The notes under the pieces: generated by a model
What the model was told of the DNA's origin: nothing
The model's database searches: none
The model's input: the letters and a program-made list of their open reading frames with translations, nothing else
Shown: piece by piece, positions 48,936-61,176 of the stretch
Layout of the letters: each line of letters starts with the position of its first letter
Position numbering within the stretch: the stretch's first letter is position 1
Program-made: the position numbers and the translations under genes
From: Curvularia clavata
Lineage: Eukaryota
Direction of reading: 5' to 3'
Length of the DNA stretch: 64,000 nt
NCBI GenBank assembly: GCA_023920165.1
Contig: CP089274.1
Span: forward strand, 2,542,001 to 2,606,000

Positions 48936-49540
48936 ATGCCGCTTACCAATCGCGTTATCAACTTCGGCTCCTTTGTCGTCACCAGCCAGGTCCGTCTTCT
49001 TCTGTTGAGCTGCAGCCAGGCAACGCAATTGACTGGTACACCCAGGTCTTCCATCAAACACGCCTGTCTTTCGCCATAGTCAATCTCAAGCCCCTCCTGC
49101 CGGGCCATGTCTTGGTGTCACCGTGTCGTGTTGTGCCCCGCTTCAACGACCTGTCCACTGCTGAAGTCCAGGACCTCTTCTTGACTGTCCAGCGAGTCTC
49201 ACGTATGGTGGAGCGCGTCTTCAGCGCCTCATCGATGAACATTGCCATCCAGGATGGCGTAGACGCAGGTCAGAGCGTGCCCCACGTTCATGTCCACATC
49301 ATTCCTCGCAAGAAGGCCGACCTCGACGACAGGGGCGGCACAGATGCCATATACGGCATGATGGAGAGCGAGGATGCCGACCTGAGCAAGCAGCTGTCGC
49401 AGAAGAGAGATCGCTTCCCGGCCGTCGACAACGATAGCCGCAAGCCCAGGACAGATGAGGAGATGCATAAGGAGGCCGAGTGGCTGGCGCAGGAGATGGC
49501 CGCGGATGGGCATGGACAGGATGAGCCCACGACTAGCTAA
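48936..49540 (+). CDS. HNT2: Bis(5'-adenosyl)-triphosphatase (FHIT/Hnt2, HIT family; intron 48990-49045)
   Basis: INFGSFVVTSQ|VF...VNLKPLLPGHVLV; QDGVDAGQSVPHVHVHIIPR histidine triad; RKPRTDEEM. Confidence 0.93.
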
Positions 49541-49837
49541 CGTGTGTCTCACGTGACATAGACTATTCCATCTTGCCACTTTCTCCTTCACGCTGTTTAC
49601 CACAGCCACATTAACCTACTTGTACTCAGTATTCCTAGATACACTCGAATACCATGTTGGGCGAAAGCACTGCCTTTGCTGTGGTGCTGCGGTACGGCGG
49701 GGCTCGTTGCTGCCTAGAGCCTTATCCCGTTTGCCATTCATTCACCTAGAATTTGTCAACTATATCACCTCGCCCAACCGTTCTATGTTTTCATACAAGC
49801 TGTCCCATGGGTATCTTCGACACAACCCAACTTGAAA

Positions 49838-51011
49838 ATGCCGCAGAGTAGCCTGACCTCGTGTTCGACACGCGTGGGTAGTTCCAGCCCAGCCGCTTCA
49901 TCAGATGAGATAGAATTTCTTTACGAGACATACAGGGGTGCAGATCGTGTTGTGCTCGATGACGATGATTCGAACCAGGACAAGGCGCTCAATCAAACAT
50001 CAGCGGTTACGAGCTTCCGCCTCCTCGATCTACCAACAGAACTGCGCTATCACGTCTACTCCTTCGTGCTGCCAACCGATAGGAACATCACATTCGACCG
50101 GGTTAGCCTAGGGAATGGCAAGTTTGACTTTTTCGCCTATTGTCTGCAACCATGTGGGCGAGCGTCAGTTCCTATTGGCAGAAAACCGTACCATTCCTAT
50201 GCAGGTTCACGCCGAGAGGATTACATCGCGGTTGCAACGCAACTCTTTCGAGTAAGCAAGTTTGTGTCCAACGAAGCACAATGTAAATCTTGGCCAGCTT
50301 TGTACCTTGCCTAGCTAAACAGCCACAGCGGTCCTATATGGGATGAACACGTACACATTTGTTGTCCACGGGCGGCGACTATGGCCAAATTCTCTGAGAA
50401 ATCCATACATCTTCGGGGCTTTTGGTTATCCTAACCGGCTCTCGTTACTGCGCAATTTGCGTCGTATTCATATAGCTGTGACTCATGATGTCGACAGTCA
50501 CTGGGCCGTCAAACGCCAACGGGCCCGTCTAGAGTACCTCGTCGAAATCCTCAAGGAGCATGCCGATGATGACAATCAAAAGTCACTTTTGCAAGACTTG
50601 ACTGTCGACTTTAGGCCTACTTCTGTTGGCATTGGGAAAAACTCAGGGTTTAGCCTTGACCCAAGGTTCCATGGGCCACGTCGTGTGCCTGAAGATGCAG
50701 AAAAATTCATGTTTGGGCTAGAGAGCCTGGTAGCGCTTCATGGCATCAAAGACGTGCGTGTCACCGGACTACCCGAGTGGTACGCAAGGTGTCTGCAGCT
50801 GTGTATTCAAGGCAAAGGGGGCCAAGTGGAAGAGACGGACTGGCCCCTGGTACAAGTGAAGCGCCGTGTGAACGGAGTCCGTCGCGGCAAGAAGACGTAT
50901 TGGACTACGTTGCGCAGGTGGTATCAGCCCATGTTGAACTGGATCGAGTTTGCCGAGCGGAATGAGATTCCCGTTCCAGATGATGTTAGCAAGTTCTGGG
51001 AAGTTGAATAG
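49838..51011 (+). CDS. Hypothetical protein with F-box-like FRLLDLPTELRYHVY motif (intron 50283-50328)
   Basis: LLDLPxELR..VY motif and LFRVSKFVSNEA..VLYG.NTYTF, typical of expanded fungal F-box-like families. Confidence 0.7.
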
Positions 51012-51410
51012 TAGATGGCTGCAGGCACCCCGCACCCTGACCCTGGAATTCCATCTGACGAAGCCGGGGTGAGAGACCCAGGGCATAATAGCATCATGGC
51101 TTCCGTCCGCCTCAGAAGAATCGCACCCTACTGATCTTACACGTGCACCGTGACCATGACTAGGCCGATACAGTCTCCTTGACGAGCGGCGCGCCCCACG
51201 TTCGCCAATTGATTGGCTCTGGGGCATGACGCGAACATCCATGACGGACCGGACTCGTTATCGCACCGCGGCACTTATCGCCATCTGTCCCCCAGACTCA
51301 CTCTCGCACAGTTGGTATTACCACGGAAAGAGGCTTGATTGCTGCCTCTGTTGTTCGGTCGTCTTCAATCCTCGCGTTTCCTCGTCGATCTCACCTCCAA
51401 CGCCACAATA

Positions 51411-52596
51411 ATGGCTATTGGCGATGTCCCCCCAAGCCCCCAGCAGGCCGCCACCGCGCCGCCTCAGCCCATCGATATCGATGCCTGGACCGAGCAAGCG
51501 ACTGTTGCGCTGGAAGCTGTTGCGATCTCTGCTCCTGGAGGTGCACTGCAGCCCGCCTCAGTTACGCTCGCCATTCCACTCGATGAGCACGACGCGCCTC
51601 CGGCTGCTGCACACCCTGTAGGTGCTTCAGCAGCTGCAAAGGAGGGTGGATACTATCGTCGTAAGGAGCCGCTTCGCCGCGACAGCATGAAGCGGCGCGA
51701 GGCCCTACTCAAGGGCAAAGAGGGCTCTAGACGTAGACAGAGGTGGGAGAATGGTACGTTGGGGTCCTCCCCCCTTCCCCTCCCTTCTCTCCAGGACGCT
51801 TCTCCACCATCCGCAATAGCCCTTCCGAACCCCTGAACCACCAGCATAGAGTTTCCGCAAGCCAAGTTTTGATCATCCAAAGCCAAGCATGTAAGATTGA
51901 TACGTGAACCTAGATCGCCTCCTGAACAACCCCCATGCCGAGCCTCCGCTCCCCAAGGACTGGGAAGTCCACCCTACCTACGCCTCCAAACACGTTCCTT
52001 ACTACCTCGCTCCCCTCTGGGATGCAGGTCTTAAGCGCCAATCCAACGAGCGTCGCACCGCCGCGGTAGCACAAAAGTCTGCCACCAAGACCGTTGCCAG
52101 CAAACCCACTGCCCCAGGCATCGTGCCCAAAGAGCTGCGTGACAAGCTCAAGCGCTCGCGCGGCGCAAAGGGCCTCCTCATGGACCTCGAGTGCGAAGTC
52201 CGCAAGTTCGTTGCCGACTGGGAGGAGAAAGAGCGCCAGGCAGAACTCGACGGGCTACCTGCTGATCCGGACAGCGAAGACGACGAGATCGTCTTCGTTG
52301 GTCGAAACGGCCAGATGAATGACCTGCGCGAGTCGAGCAGTACTTCTCCTGGTGCTACTGTGACTGCCAAGAAGGAGCTTATGCTATTCGAGACACCTGA
52401 AGAGGATGTTGGTGGCAGCTTTGGGCGCTGGCTTGTGCATCATATTGGCGTGTATTATGGTCTGAATACGTGGAGTGTTACGGTGGGAAATCCCGCAAGG
52501 CGTGAAGCGTATATTGGGGTTAAGAGTCCCAAGGTCAGAGCTGGGAATGGGGTGGTTTGTAGCCCGTTGCCTAGACCGCTGTATGGGTTGGTGTAA
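51411..52596 (+). CDS. R3H-associated N-terminal domain protein (intron 51754-51913)
   Basis: RRDSMKRREALLKGKEGSRRRQRWEN|DRLL; C-terminal FGRWLVHHIGVYYGLNTWS R3H-like motif. Confidence 0.85.
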
Positions 52597-52874
52597 GGTC
52601 TCTAGATTCGGGGCATAGAGCAGATGCGTAGATATAGATGCAATCTTCGCTCAATGTTAGAAGGGGAGACGCTACTTCGACTGGTCTGCATGCATGGGTT
52701 CCGTAGTCTGTCTGCACGTGTGAGATATGTAAGATAAACTTTATCGAGACCCTGGGGCGTGAGCTCAAGAAACACAAAACCATGCTCATTTCATTCATCG
52801 TATCAACCTAAGTGCCCAACGCCTTGTCACAAACTCGACCTGTAGATCAAACTATATCAAATTCCCCCTTACCC

Positions 52875-54111
52875 TTACTCAAACTTAGCAAACGCCAGCT
52901 CGTACGCCAACGCAAGCGTCATCCTGGCATGCTGCAGCATATGGTCAAAGCTCAAGTACTCAATCTTGTCCTCAGTCGTGTGGATCTTATTGTCGCTGTA
53001 CTTGAAGTCCGACTCGATGACAAACGCAGACGGATATCCGGCCTTTGACGCGCTGGCGTGGTCCGAGCAAGCATATCCGCACTTTGTCAGCACATATGGG
53101 ATGCCGCAGTACGTAGTGATGATCTTCTTGATAAACTCGGTCAGGCCGGCGTCGACAAAATCGGTAATAACGCCGACGGATTCAGGCTCGCCGGCGTCGA
53201 GTGTCTTCTGCACGTAACCCGTCATGTCTTGCTGCAGCATGGCCTTGATGTCGCGGCCTTCCTTCTCGTAAGATTGGAAGATAGCCTGTGAGCCGAGGAG
53301 GCCTCCCTCTTCGGCAGAGTACCAGTGGAACTCGATTGTGTTGTCTGCTTCGCCTTCGAGGATCTCCTTCGACTTGAGCAGCACGCGAAGCGCTTCCAGG
53401 ATTGTTACTGTGCCGCTGCCATCGTCATCGGCGCCGGGGGCAGCGAGGAAAGCAGGGAAGTATAGGTTGATGCTGTCTTGGTGCGCACCGATTACAATCG
53501 TCTTGTCGCTCTTGCCAGGGATGGTGGCAATGATGGAAGATTGGCCCCAGGGGTGAGGGAACGGCTTGACAGTTGCGTTAACAGCGCCTGCGTCCTTGAG
53601 TGTCTTGTCCACTTGGCTAAGTAGCCATGCAGAGCTCTCAGCACCGTAGTGCGACTTGTAGTAGCGCGTGTGGAACGAGGTAAACTTCTCAAGATGAGCA
53701 CGCATATTGTCCTTCTCCAGCTTCTTGAGCAGCGGATCGATGCTCTCCTTGTGTGCAGGGTTTTCTGGAAACTTGACGCTCTGTGTCGATAACTTGCGGT
53801 TCAACGTACCCAACTCCTTGTTGTTCGTAATGTCGAAGAAGTTGATGTTTTGCTAAATAAACATTGTCAACACTTTGTTCCTAGGGCACAGCCATTTCAA
53901 GAGACTATCCTACTTTTCGCAGCTCCCACTTCTCGTCCTCGGTGACCCATCTCGTCTCGCCTGGAGAGAGCTCGATCAAATACTGTTCAGCCTCGGCGTT
54001 GATAGGCTGCTGCTCCTGGAACACAACCTGAGCATGCTCAGGTGCGGGAGCGGCAGCGGCAGCGGCGAGGGCTGCAGTGTATAAGGGTAACAATAGCGTT
54101 GCTGACTTCAT
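52875..54111 (-). CDS. LAP1: Secreted leucine aminopeptidase 1 (peptidase M28; intron 53913-53853)
   Basis: Signal peptide; [37 protein letters not shown] and IHT metal-ligand motifs. Confidence 0.95.
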
Positions 54112-54408
54112 GGTTGCTGGATAGATAACTGGAATGGTTGGTGGTGGTTGTGTTGCAAGACAAGCGGTTGACGCGGTGACACGGAGATAAGGGCCAAGCT
54201 ATCCGATGACGCGCTATCAGCTGTTTGGAGCTAGTACGGTTCTGGCATGAGGAGGTCGCTGATGGTTTCCAGCTACATGTGCGTCAAGAAGATGTTTTGT
54301 GTAAAAGATATCATCATTTACAGAAATCTTTGTTAGTATAAGTTATAATACATTCTTTGTGTTGTGCCTCCCATGATGCACTCGTGGTTGGGAGACGTTG
54401 TGGTTTTG

Positions 54409-54469
54409 CTCAAGTTACTCAAGTTACTCAAGTTACTCAAGTTACTCAAGTTACTCAAGTTACTCAAGT
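54409..54469. repeat. 9-bp tandem repeat (CTCAAGTTA) x6 plus a partial copy
   Basis: Directly visible perfect array, followed by degenerate copies. Confidence 0.95.
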
Positions 54470-54928
54470 CAAGTTGCTTAAGCTCTTCGTTTCTTCATAA
54501 TTCACATAATGTTATCCACGAGACTTTTGGTCTGAACAAGCATGAGTTTTCTTGGTTCTCGTCTCCCTACTGGTACCATCTCCTCTTCCCTTGCGTTGTC
54601 GGCGCGGGGTAACATTACGCCCGGTTCTGCCGATGCCGATGCCGTCATTACCTTTACTACCGGTAAGACCATCGATACCTCAGCCTGATGCTGACAGGCG
54701 TCCAGCTACTCTGGTCACATTGTTAGCCTCTCTAGTGACATTGCATAGTCCTCGGAAGTAGACAAAGGTTGAATCCAGCAGCTGCCTTGCTCACATGCTG
54801 TATTTAAACGCATACTTTTCTCAGCACAAGAGGACAGTTTTCGACACTACAAGCAAATAACTTTTACCCATATATTCTTTGCTCAATCGACAAGTATCGT
54901 TGCAAGATTCCAGGAAACTAGTGTCACA

Positions 54929-55857
54929 ATGGCGGAGTCTTCTATTATTCTTGTCAGTTCTAACACAGGACATGATAAAGTACGATGTGCTGATTGCTGA
55001 CGTCGCTCAAGATTACCGGCGGAAATACAGGCATCGGCTATGAAACCATAAAAGCCCTGTACGCCTCGTCGCAGCTGTATACAATTCTCATGGGCAGTCG
55101 GTCACTCGAAAAAGCCAAAGACGCAATCTCGAAGCTCCAGAACGAGATTTCGGGATCAAAGTCTCAAGTCGAGGCAATCCAGATTGACATTGAAGACGAC
55201 GCATCCATAGAGAAAGCGTTCGAAGAAGTCAAGAGTAAATATAGCCGTCTTGATACCCTTGTAAACAATGCAGGTATGTTGTGCCATGATTTCGTGTGGT
55301 TGAAATAAAGTTTATTAATGTAAAAAGGCGGGTCCTTTGACAGAATCCTACGCGATGATTATAGCCCCAAAGGCATCCGCGCAGCCTGGGACAATACCTA
55401 CTCACTCAACGTTACTTCGACACAAGTTGTGACACACACCTTTGCGCCCCTCTTGATTGCCTCTTCCAGCCCCAGACTGATCTTTGTGACCTCTGCTCTG
55501 TCTTCCTTGGATACTTGCGCTGGTGGCTTTGACTCCAAGCTTGTCAATACAGCTCCACCTAAAGGCTGGCCTAAGCCTCTCAGCCCTACCCCGACAGCCT
55601 ATCGGTCCAGCAAGACTGCACTAAATATGCTAATGTTGTATTGGGCAAGGACACTGTATGCGGATGGCGTGAAGGTATTTTGCGTCAGCCCAGGTTTCTT
55701 GGCTACTGGCCTTGGAGGAATGGGACCAGACTTTTTGAAGAGGATGGGTGCAGGGGATGCTAGCATTGGCGGCGAGTTTATCAGGGATGTCGTAGAGGGG
55801 AAGAGAGACGAGGATGCGGGTAAGGTAATTGACAAAGATGGTGTGCAGCATTGGTAA
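54929..55857 (+). CDS. Short-chain dehydrogenase/reductase (introns 54953-55011, 55274-55327)
   Basis: ITGGNTGIG, LVNNAG, YRSSK (YxxxK) and SPGFLAT motifs. Confidence 0.92.
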
Positions 55858-56207
55858 GCGTATCACATCAGGCCGGGGCTGTGAATAAGATGGCGCGTTC
55901 TCTGCCTGGGGAAGAATTTCAGCTGGTAGAATACTCAGGCTTGCAATGGACAATGTTGGGCTGATTTTCGTTCTCATGCATGGCGGTGGCGAACTGATGG
56001 TTGACTGCTCTTGTTACGCAACACGGCTGATTTGCTTGAACAATCAGGCTTAGCCTGTTTCGATGATACTCTGCATACCTCAAAAGCTGGTACAGCCTTG
56101 TGACCTGCTAAGCCACTGACTCTGTTATCTCACTTGGATATTTTTGCTTCTTCCCATCTGTTTGGACCAAAAGCTGTTGTGCGCCCATCAAACGCTTAGT
56201 CCACAAG

Positions 56208-56930
56208 ATGCAGCTGGTCCAGATACTTCAAGTCTTCGCTCTTTTGTGCTACCTAGGAGCAGGCGCAATTCTATTAACGCCTTCAAGCGCTGCCTGTTTC
56301 GAGCCGACAACGTCTACTTATGCTCCTTTGACAACGACGCAGAAAGAGTTACTGGCGAAACGCGCGGAAAACGATGGACTTATTGGGTCACGCACATCGG
56401 ATGGCAAACCTGTGACGTCCAGCTGTCGAGAGGGCTCTACTTTTGTGATTTCAAGCACCTTTGCGGGTTGTATCGCTCCAGGAGAAGAAGTTGCTACGAC
56501 TTGTGCGTCAAACCACCAAGACACAGACTCTGCTATTGTTGATGGATCACTGTGGTGCACAGGATGGTGCTTCACCCAAAACCGCATCTACACGGCACCA
56601 TCGGCCGACCCATTCATCATGATGAACTGCTTCGGGGACTACAAGCTTTCACGATATGTAGAAGCTACGCTAACCCCTATCAACTCCGCAACCACTTCAA
56701 CTAAAATAGCGACGGACCGTACCACACCACCTGCAGCAACTCGATCCAAAACCACTCCCTCGGAATCTCCCACAGATTTTCAAGATGCTGTGCAAAACAA
56801 AGGACTTTCGAGAAATGATATCATTGCAATAGGTACTAGTGTTCCTGTAGGTGTTCTCACACTCATAGGGACTATTGCTACGGTCTGGATGTGTTGGGCG
56901 AAAAGAAGCAAAGGAAGAAATCGTACATAA
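56208..56930 (+). CDS. Type I membrane protein: signal peptide, Cys-rich ectodomain, Ser/Thr stalk, C-terminal TM
   Basis: Hydrophobic N-terminus, about 7 Cys, Thr-rich segment, GLSRNDIIAIGTSVPVGVLTLIGTIATVW TM and a basic stop-transfer tail. Confidence 0.75.
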   Translation: MQLVQILQVFALLCYLGAGAILLTPSSAACFEPTTSTYAPLTTTQKELLAKRAENDGLIGSRTSDGKPVTSSCREGSTFVISSTFAGCIAPGEEVATTCASNHQDTDSAIVDGSLWCTGWCFTQNRIYTAPSADPFIMMNCFGDYKLSRYVEATLTPINSATTSTKIATDRTTPPAATRSKTTPSESPTDFQDAVQNKGLSRNDIIAIGTSVPVGVLTLIGTIATVWMCWAKRSKGRNRT

Positions 56931-57997
56931 ACCGTCTAAAACATGCAAGAAATTTCCAAATAGAAAGCAATGTTCACTTAATGCTGCAGAGTCTTGCTTT
57001 CGGGTGTTGGCACTTGACGCGATATCCCGACACTCGACACTCCATAGACAGACTAACGCTGCGTCGGACCTGACTCGTGAACCATGCGTGCAGGAGCGTT
57101 CGTTATTGCATTAAATCTAGGAAACGTTTTCGAGAGTGGCGCCATATGGCCCGTGTTGATCTATTCATATTCACGACTCCATGACAATAAGACTGCGATT
57201 GCGATTGTGATTGAACTATTTGCTAACTACTACTGCTATTTTGCTTCATGCATGGGATACTCGTGGCAAAACTGCGGGATACAGAATTATACTAGTAGAC
57301 ATGTGTGAGAAGATATTGAGGTGTTTCGAAGCCGATGATCTGGAACCAGACTTGAAAACAAGCGCCGCAATTGAGCGAAATCAGTGACCAAACAGGAGGA
57401 GCGATAGAGAGTCCGGGCAGACTCAGCGCAGCATTGAAAGTTGATGGCTCAAAATAGACTCACTCCGTCGTAACGATCAAAGCACAGGAGACCGGCTTCC
57501 TCTTAAGGGATAGTGTAGAACGGGCTGAACATAACCTTGCAGTCTTTGCATGTTTGACTAGTGCAAGTCCCGAACGCAAAATTCAAGGTCTGGCAGCATA
57601 TTCCATTTTGGCCCCCACCCCGACTATGTAGTACCTACTGCATCTGGCCCCCAAACCACGGCGAATAAGGTCACTAATCCCAGTAGCGATGCATCAGTTC
57701 AGCTTTAATTCCCTGTCTGCCAAGCACCTCTCGACCTTTACAAGGAGCTGTACTGCAAGCAGTCATATTTGCAGCACATGATAAGACTGAACAATGCGCC
57801 AATCGGCAAATTATGAAGATGTAATATCGGGAAAGGACTTGTCCAAACGCTTTACAACGCCGTAGTATATACACCCCTGCTACTTCCGGCGGCTACGAGT
57901 ATAACCGTTGGTACAGTACCCTGGACTGGTGGCCAATATATCAACTGCGACTTGCGAAGCATAGGTCCATCCACCGACACAGTGGCTTTTTTTCAAC

Positions 57998-60124
57998 ATG
58001 TCCTCAGGAGACAAATCCGTCTATCTAGGATTTTGGACCAACTGGTCTCAAGGCGCCACAGCCGGGCTGACCTATACAACCACACTGGATAACGGTGCCT
58101 TTTTCATCGCTTTTCTTGCTTTGTTTGTTACTTTTACTGGTACCTGTTTCTGGAGCATTGTCTCTTTCGTTATCCATCAGACACTTAGTCGGCAAGCTCC
58201 TCAGAATGCGATCTACCACCAACAACAAGCGATACTTCGCACTTCAGACACCAGTTCTGCCGCATTGTGGAGGTTAATAACATTGGGTTGGGCCTGGCGC
58301 AAGGTAGCGTGTACTACCTCCTTGAAGTCGACTTTCATACCTCTAGTCGCAAGCCTGGCTACCTTTTCCGCGTTCACCATAGCTGGTATCTTCTCCTCAC
58401 GTGTTGCGTCGTCGAGGGATGGCGAGGTTCTTATTGATGGCGTCAACTGCGCTACAGTCAACCTCACGCTCATGGCATCTGCAACTGATAATACGGCCGA
58501 GTACTACGGTGCTGGCCGGCTCAGGTCAAGCTTCAATTACAAATCAGCTTGCTATGCAAAACTTGGATCGATGGATAGCTGTCGCACATTCGCCCGAAGT
58601 ACCCTTCCTTACACAGTCACACACGGCACTCCTTGTCCTTTTCCAGGAGAAGATCGGATCTGTCTCTCAAAAAGTGGCTCTATCCGCTTGGACTCTGGGT
58701 TTTTGAACAGTCATTACGATCTTGGCATAAATGCGCCGCCTTCATCCCGGTACCTCTACCGCACTGTCGCCGAATGTAGTCCTCTACGCGATGAAGAATA
58801 CATGCGGTACAACGAAACGAACTCACCGAGAACACTCCAATTCTTGTATGGAAATAGCCCAGTAGAGTGTGGACACCGAGACGGATGTACCGTGGAGGTA
58901 AGCGACAACAAGAGGTCAGGCAATTTGTTGGGACTCACCCAATACACAGTCTCGTATGTGCTTCTCTCCTATAAAACTGGTTTCAAAACTAAAACCTACT
59001 CCAGGGCCATTTCAAGATGGCAATTGGGCCAAAACTCCGACGTCCTCAACCTTAACGCATGGAATCCAATTCCCGAGCTGTCAGTGCAGGACGCAGACGT
59101 GAACTCCATTTGCAAGTACAGTGTGCCACGCAAATACCGGTATTTGACTAACGATAGACCAGACTTAGAGTCGAATGATGTCACATACGCGACACCGGTT
59201 CGTGATCCTTGGTTTAATGCAACCAAAGGGCCCGTCCTAATTGATACGTTTGCGGGCAACATGACCCAATACCAGACCAACCAGCCAGCAAAAGCCCTGG
59301 GATGTACTCAACGATATCAGTTTTGCAACCCGGCCTTACCTAAAAACATAAGCTGTACACCGCCCCTAGGGATATTTGAAGCTTCTCAAACTGCGCTAGC
59401 GACTCTCTTCCCAGACCCACAGAGCAGAGACTCTTTCGAGTGGTCTTCGCGTGCGATTCAGAACATGGCAAATGGATTCCACGAAGTTGTTACCATTCTT
59501 GGAGGTGGAAGTCTCCTTGCAACCGACACACTATCTGCAGTTGGCCAGGCTGGCTTGCCCGACAACCAGTGGGAGCTTGAGTTAGAAAACTGGTTCCAAT
59601 TTACCTTGGCAGACCTCCAGCGAGCGGTACTTGACCAAGCAACTGGCCCAGTCGATCGAAAAGCGGCCTCATTTCACTCAGCACCCAAAACTGCGGGAGG
59701 ACGTGCCGTTTGCAACAATCAAAAGATTCGGTCCGATTCCTACACTTCGTTCAATGTATTAGGCCTCATAATCATTTTTGCTGTCGGCGGTCTCATCATG
59801 CTGATATCAGTCTATCTTCCACTGGTGACTGCACGAATTCAGCGAAACCGGAACCCATATGCTAGTCTAGAATGGATCTCGAACGATACACTGCAGCTCC
59901 AGCGATTAGCTCATGAGGCAGTTGGTGCAGGTGAATGGACGAACGCATGCGACGACTACCCAATGGCGCGAAAGCACGATCTCTTAGCTGTGCTTGACAT
60001 TACCAAACAAAAGCACCCCGTTCTTAGGGCAGAATCAGAGACAGTGGAAAGAATAAGAATAGAGGCAACTGACAAAAAGCAGCGCAGCATGACAGTTGAA
60101 ACGTCTGCCTCGACATTGGTATAG
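57998..60124 (+). CDS. Conserved fungal multi-pass membrane protein of unknown function (predicted introns 58954-59004 and GC-AG 59112-59162)
   Basis: VYLGFWTNWSQG, YHQQQAILR, DSGFLNSHYDLGINAP, LGCTQRYQFCNP, LPDNQWELE and LQLQRLAHE motifs of a recurrent fungal family. Confidence 0.8.
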   Translation: MSSGDKSVYLGFWTNWSQGATAGLTYTTTLDNGAFFIAFLALFVTFTGTCFWSIVSFVIHQTLSRQAPQNAIYHQQQAILRTSDTSSAALWRLITLGWAWRKVACTTSLKSTFIPLVASLATFSAFTIAGIFSSRVASSRDGEVLIDGVNCATVNLTLMASATDNTAEYYGAGRLRSSFNYKSACYAKLGSMDSCRTFARSTLPYTVTHGTPCPFPGEDRICLSKSGSIRLDSGFLNSHYDLGINAPPSSRYLYRTVAECSPLRDEEYMRYNETNSPRTLQFLYGNSPVECGHRDGCTVEVSDNKRSGNLLGLTQYTVSYVLLSYKTGFKTKTYSRAISRWQLGQNSDVLNLNAWNPIPELSVQDADVNSICKYSVPRKYRYLTNDRPDLESNDVTYATPVRDPWFNATKGPVLIDTFAGNMTQYQTNQPAKALGCTQRYQFCNPALPKNISCTPPLGIFEASQTALATLFPDPQSRDSFEWSSRAIQNMANGFHEVVTILGGGSLLATDTLSAVGQAGLPDNQWELELENWFQFTLADLQRAVLDQATGPVDRKAASFHSAPKTAGGRAVCNNQKIRSDSYTSFNVLGLIIIFAVGGLIMLISVYLPLVTARIQRNRNPYASLEWISNDTLQLQRLAHEAVGAGEWTNACDDYPMARKHDLLAVLDITKQKHPVLRAESETVERIRIEATDKKQRSMTVETSASTLV

Positions 60125-60487
60125 CACTTGTCATTTTCCAGGACGAGATGCTGATGTATGCCAATGGTTGATAACATGAATCAGTCTAGATAGCTCTATG
60201 TATGAATAAATCAATATGATGTGAATGTAAATTGAAACTATAAAGACCTCGGAAACCAACAGACATGTGTAATAACCCCATACCTAGTGCGGCCACGTTC
60301 CTGGCAAATGACGTGACACGGACCTCGGCTGATGCAAGCCTCATCTTGATTGATAAGACAACACTATTCCGCACCCCAACTCAGCCAAACTTAGCATTAT
60401 TACCCTGGTTCATCGATTCCCTCAATCAAAGTGTCAAACACAGCTTCTCACATGCCAACAACACGAGGCCAGCAGCGCAACGCAGAA

Positions 60488-61046
60488 ATGGAAGCCGCGC
60501 TGAAACTCTTCTTCTCGTCGCCACGCTTCGCTGTAGCTGGCGCATCCTCGGATCCTGCCAAATATGGACACAAGAGTACGCTAGACCCTTTATTTTATGA
60601 GGTCTTCAATTTTACTGGATTACTTTGTAGCGTTTTGGTATGCAGATACACTAACAAAAAATTCAGTATTCGCATGGTACCTTCAGCACTCTCTCCCTGC
60701 TACACCACTCAACCCACGCTGCTCAAGCGTCACCATTCTAAACCGGCAGCACACTACTGTCCCTTCACCTACTGCTCTTCAAGATCCTCCAGCCTCTCAG
60801 TACTCATTGTCGGTCATTACGCCACCGGCTGTGACAAAGACGCTGCTGAAGGAGGCGAAGGAAGCAGGGATTCCTGCTGTATGGCTGCAACCGGGGAGTT
60901 TCGATGCAGAGATTCTCGAGTATGCAAAGGCAAACTTTCAAGCCGCGATCGGTGGAGACGGGGGAAGAGGAAGCGAGGGCTGGTGTGTGCTTGTTGACGG
61001 GGAAGAGGGCATGAGACTTGCGGGGCGGGAAGGGTCGAGACTTTGA
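60488..61046 (+). CDS. CoA-binding domain protein (YccU-like) with C-terminal PTS1 (SRL); intron ~60577-60667
   Basis: FAVAGASSDPAKYGHK, SVITPPAVT and VWLQPGS motifs; ends -SRL*. Confidence 0.88.
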
Positions 61047-61176
61047 AGAGGTGATGTACTCGGTAGGAAAAAGGAAGTGTTTTCTTTCATATTTTCAGCG
61101 ATTTGAGGTGAAAATTTCAGAAACAAATAACCCATATAAGAATCTTGGAGGAAAAGAAAGCAGTCCATGACACATT

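Noticed and set aside
54409..54469. CRISPR-like or telomeric array
   Set aside because: Contiguous 9-mers without spacers, not TTAGGG, and in a eukaryotic intergenic context.
54364..54612. (LLK)n amphipathic peptide ORF
   Set aside because: Just a translation of the 9-bp DNA repeat, with no synonymous variation and no other support for coding.
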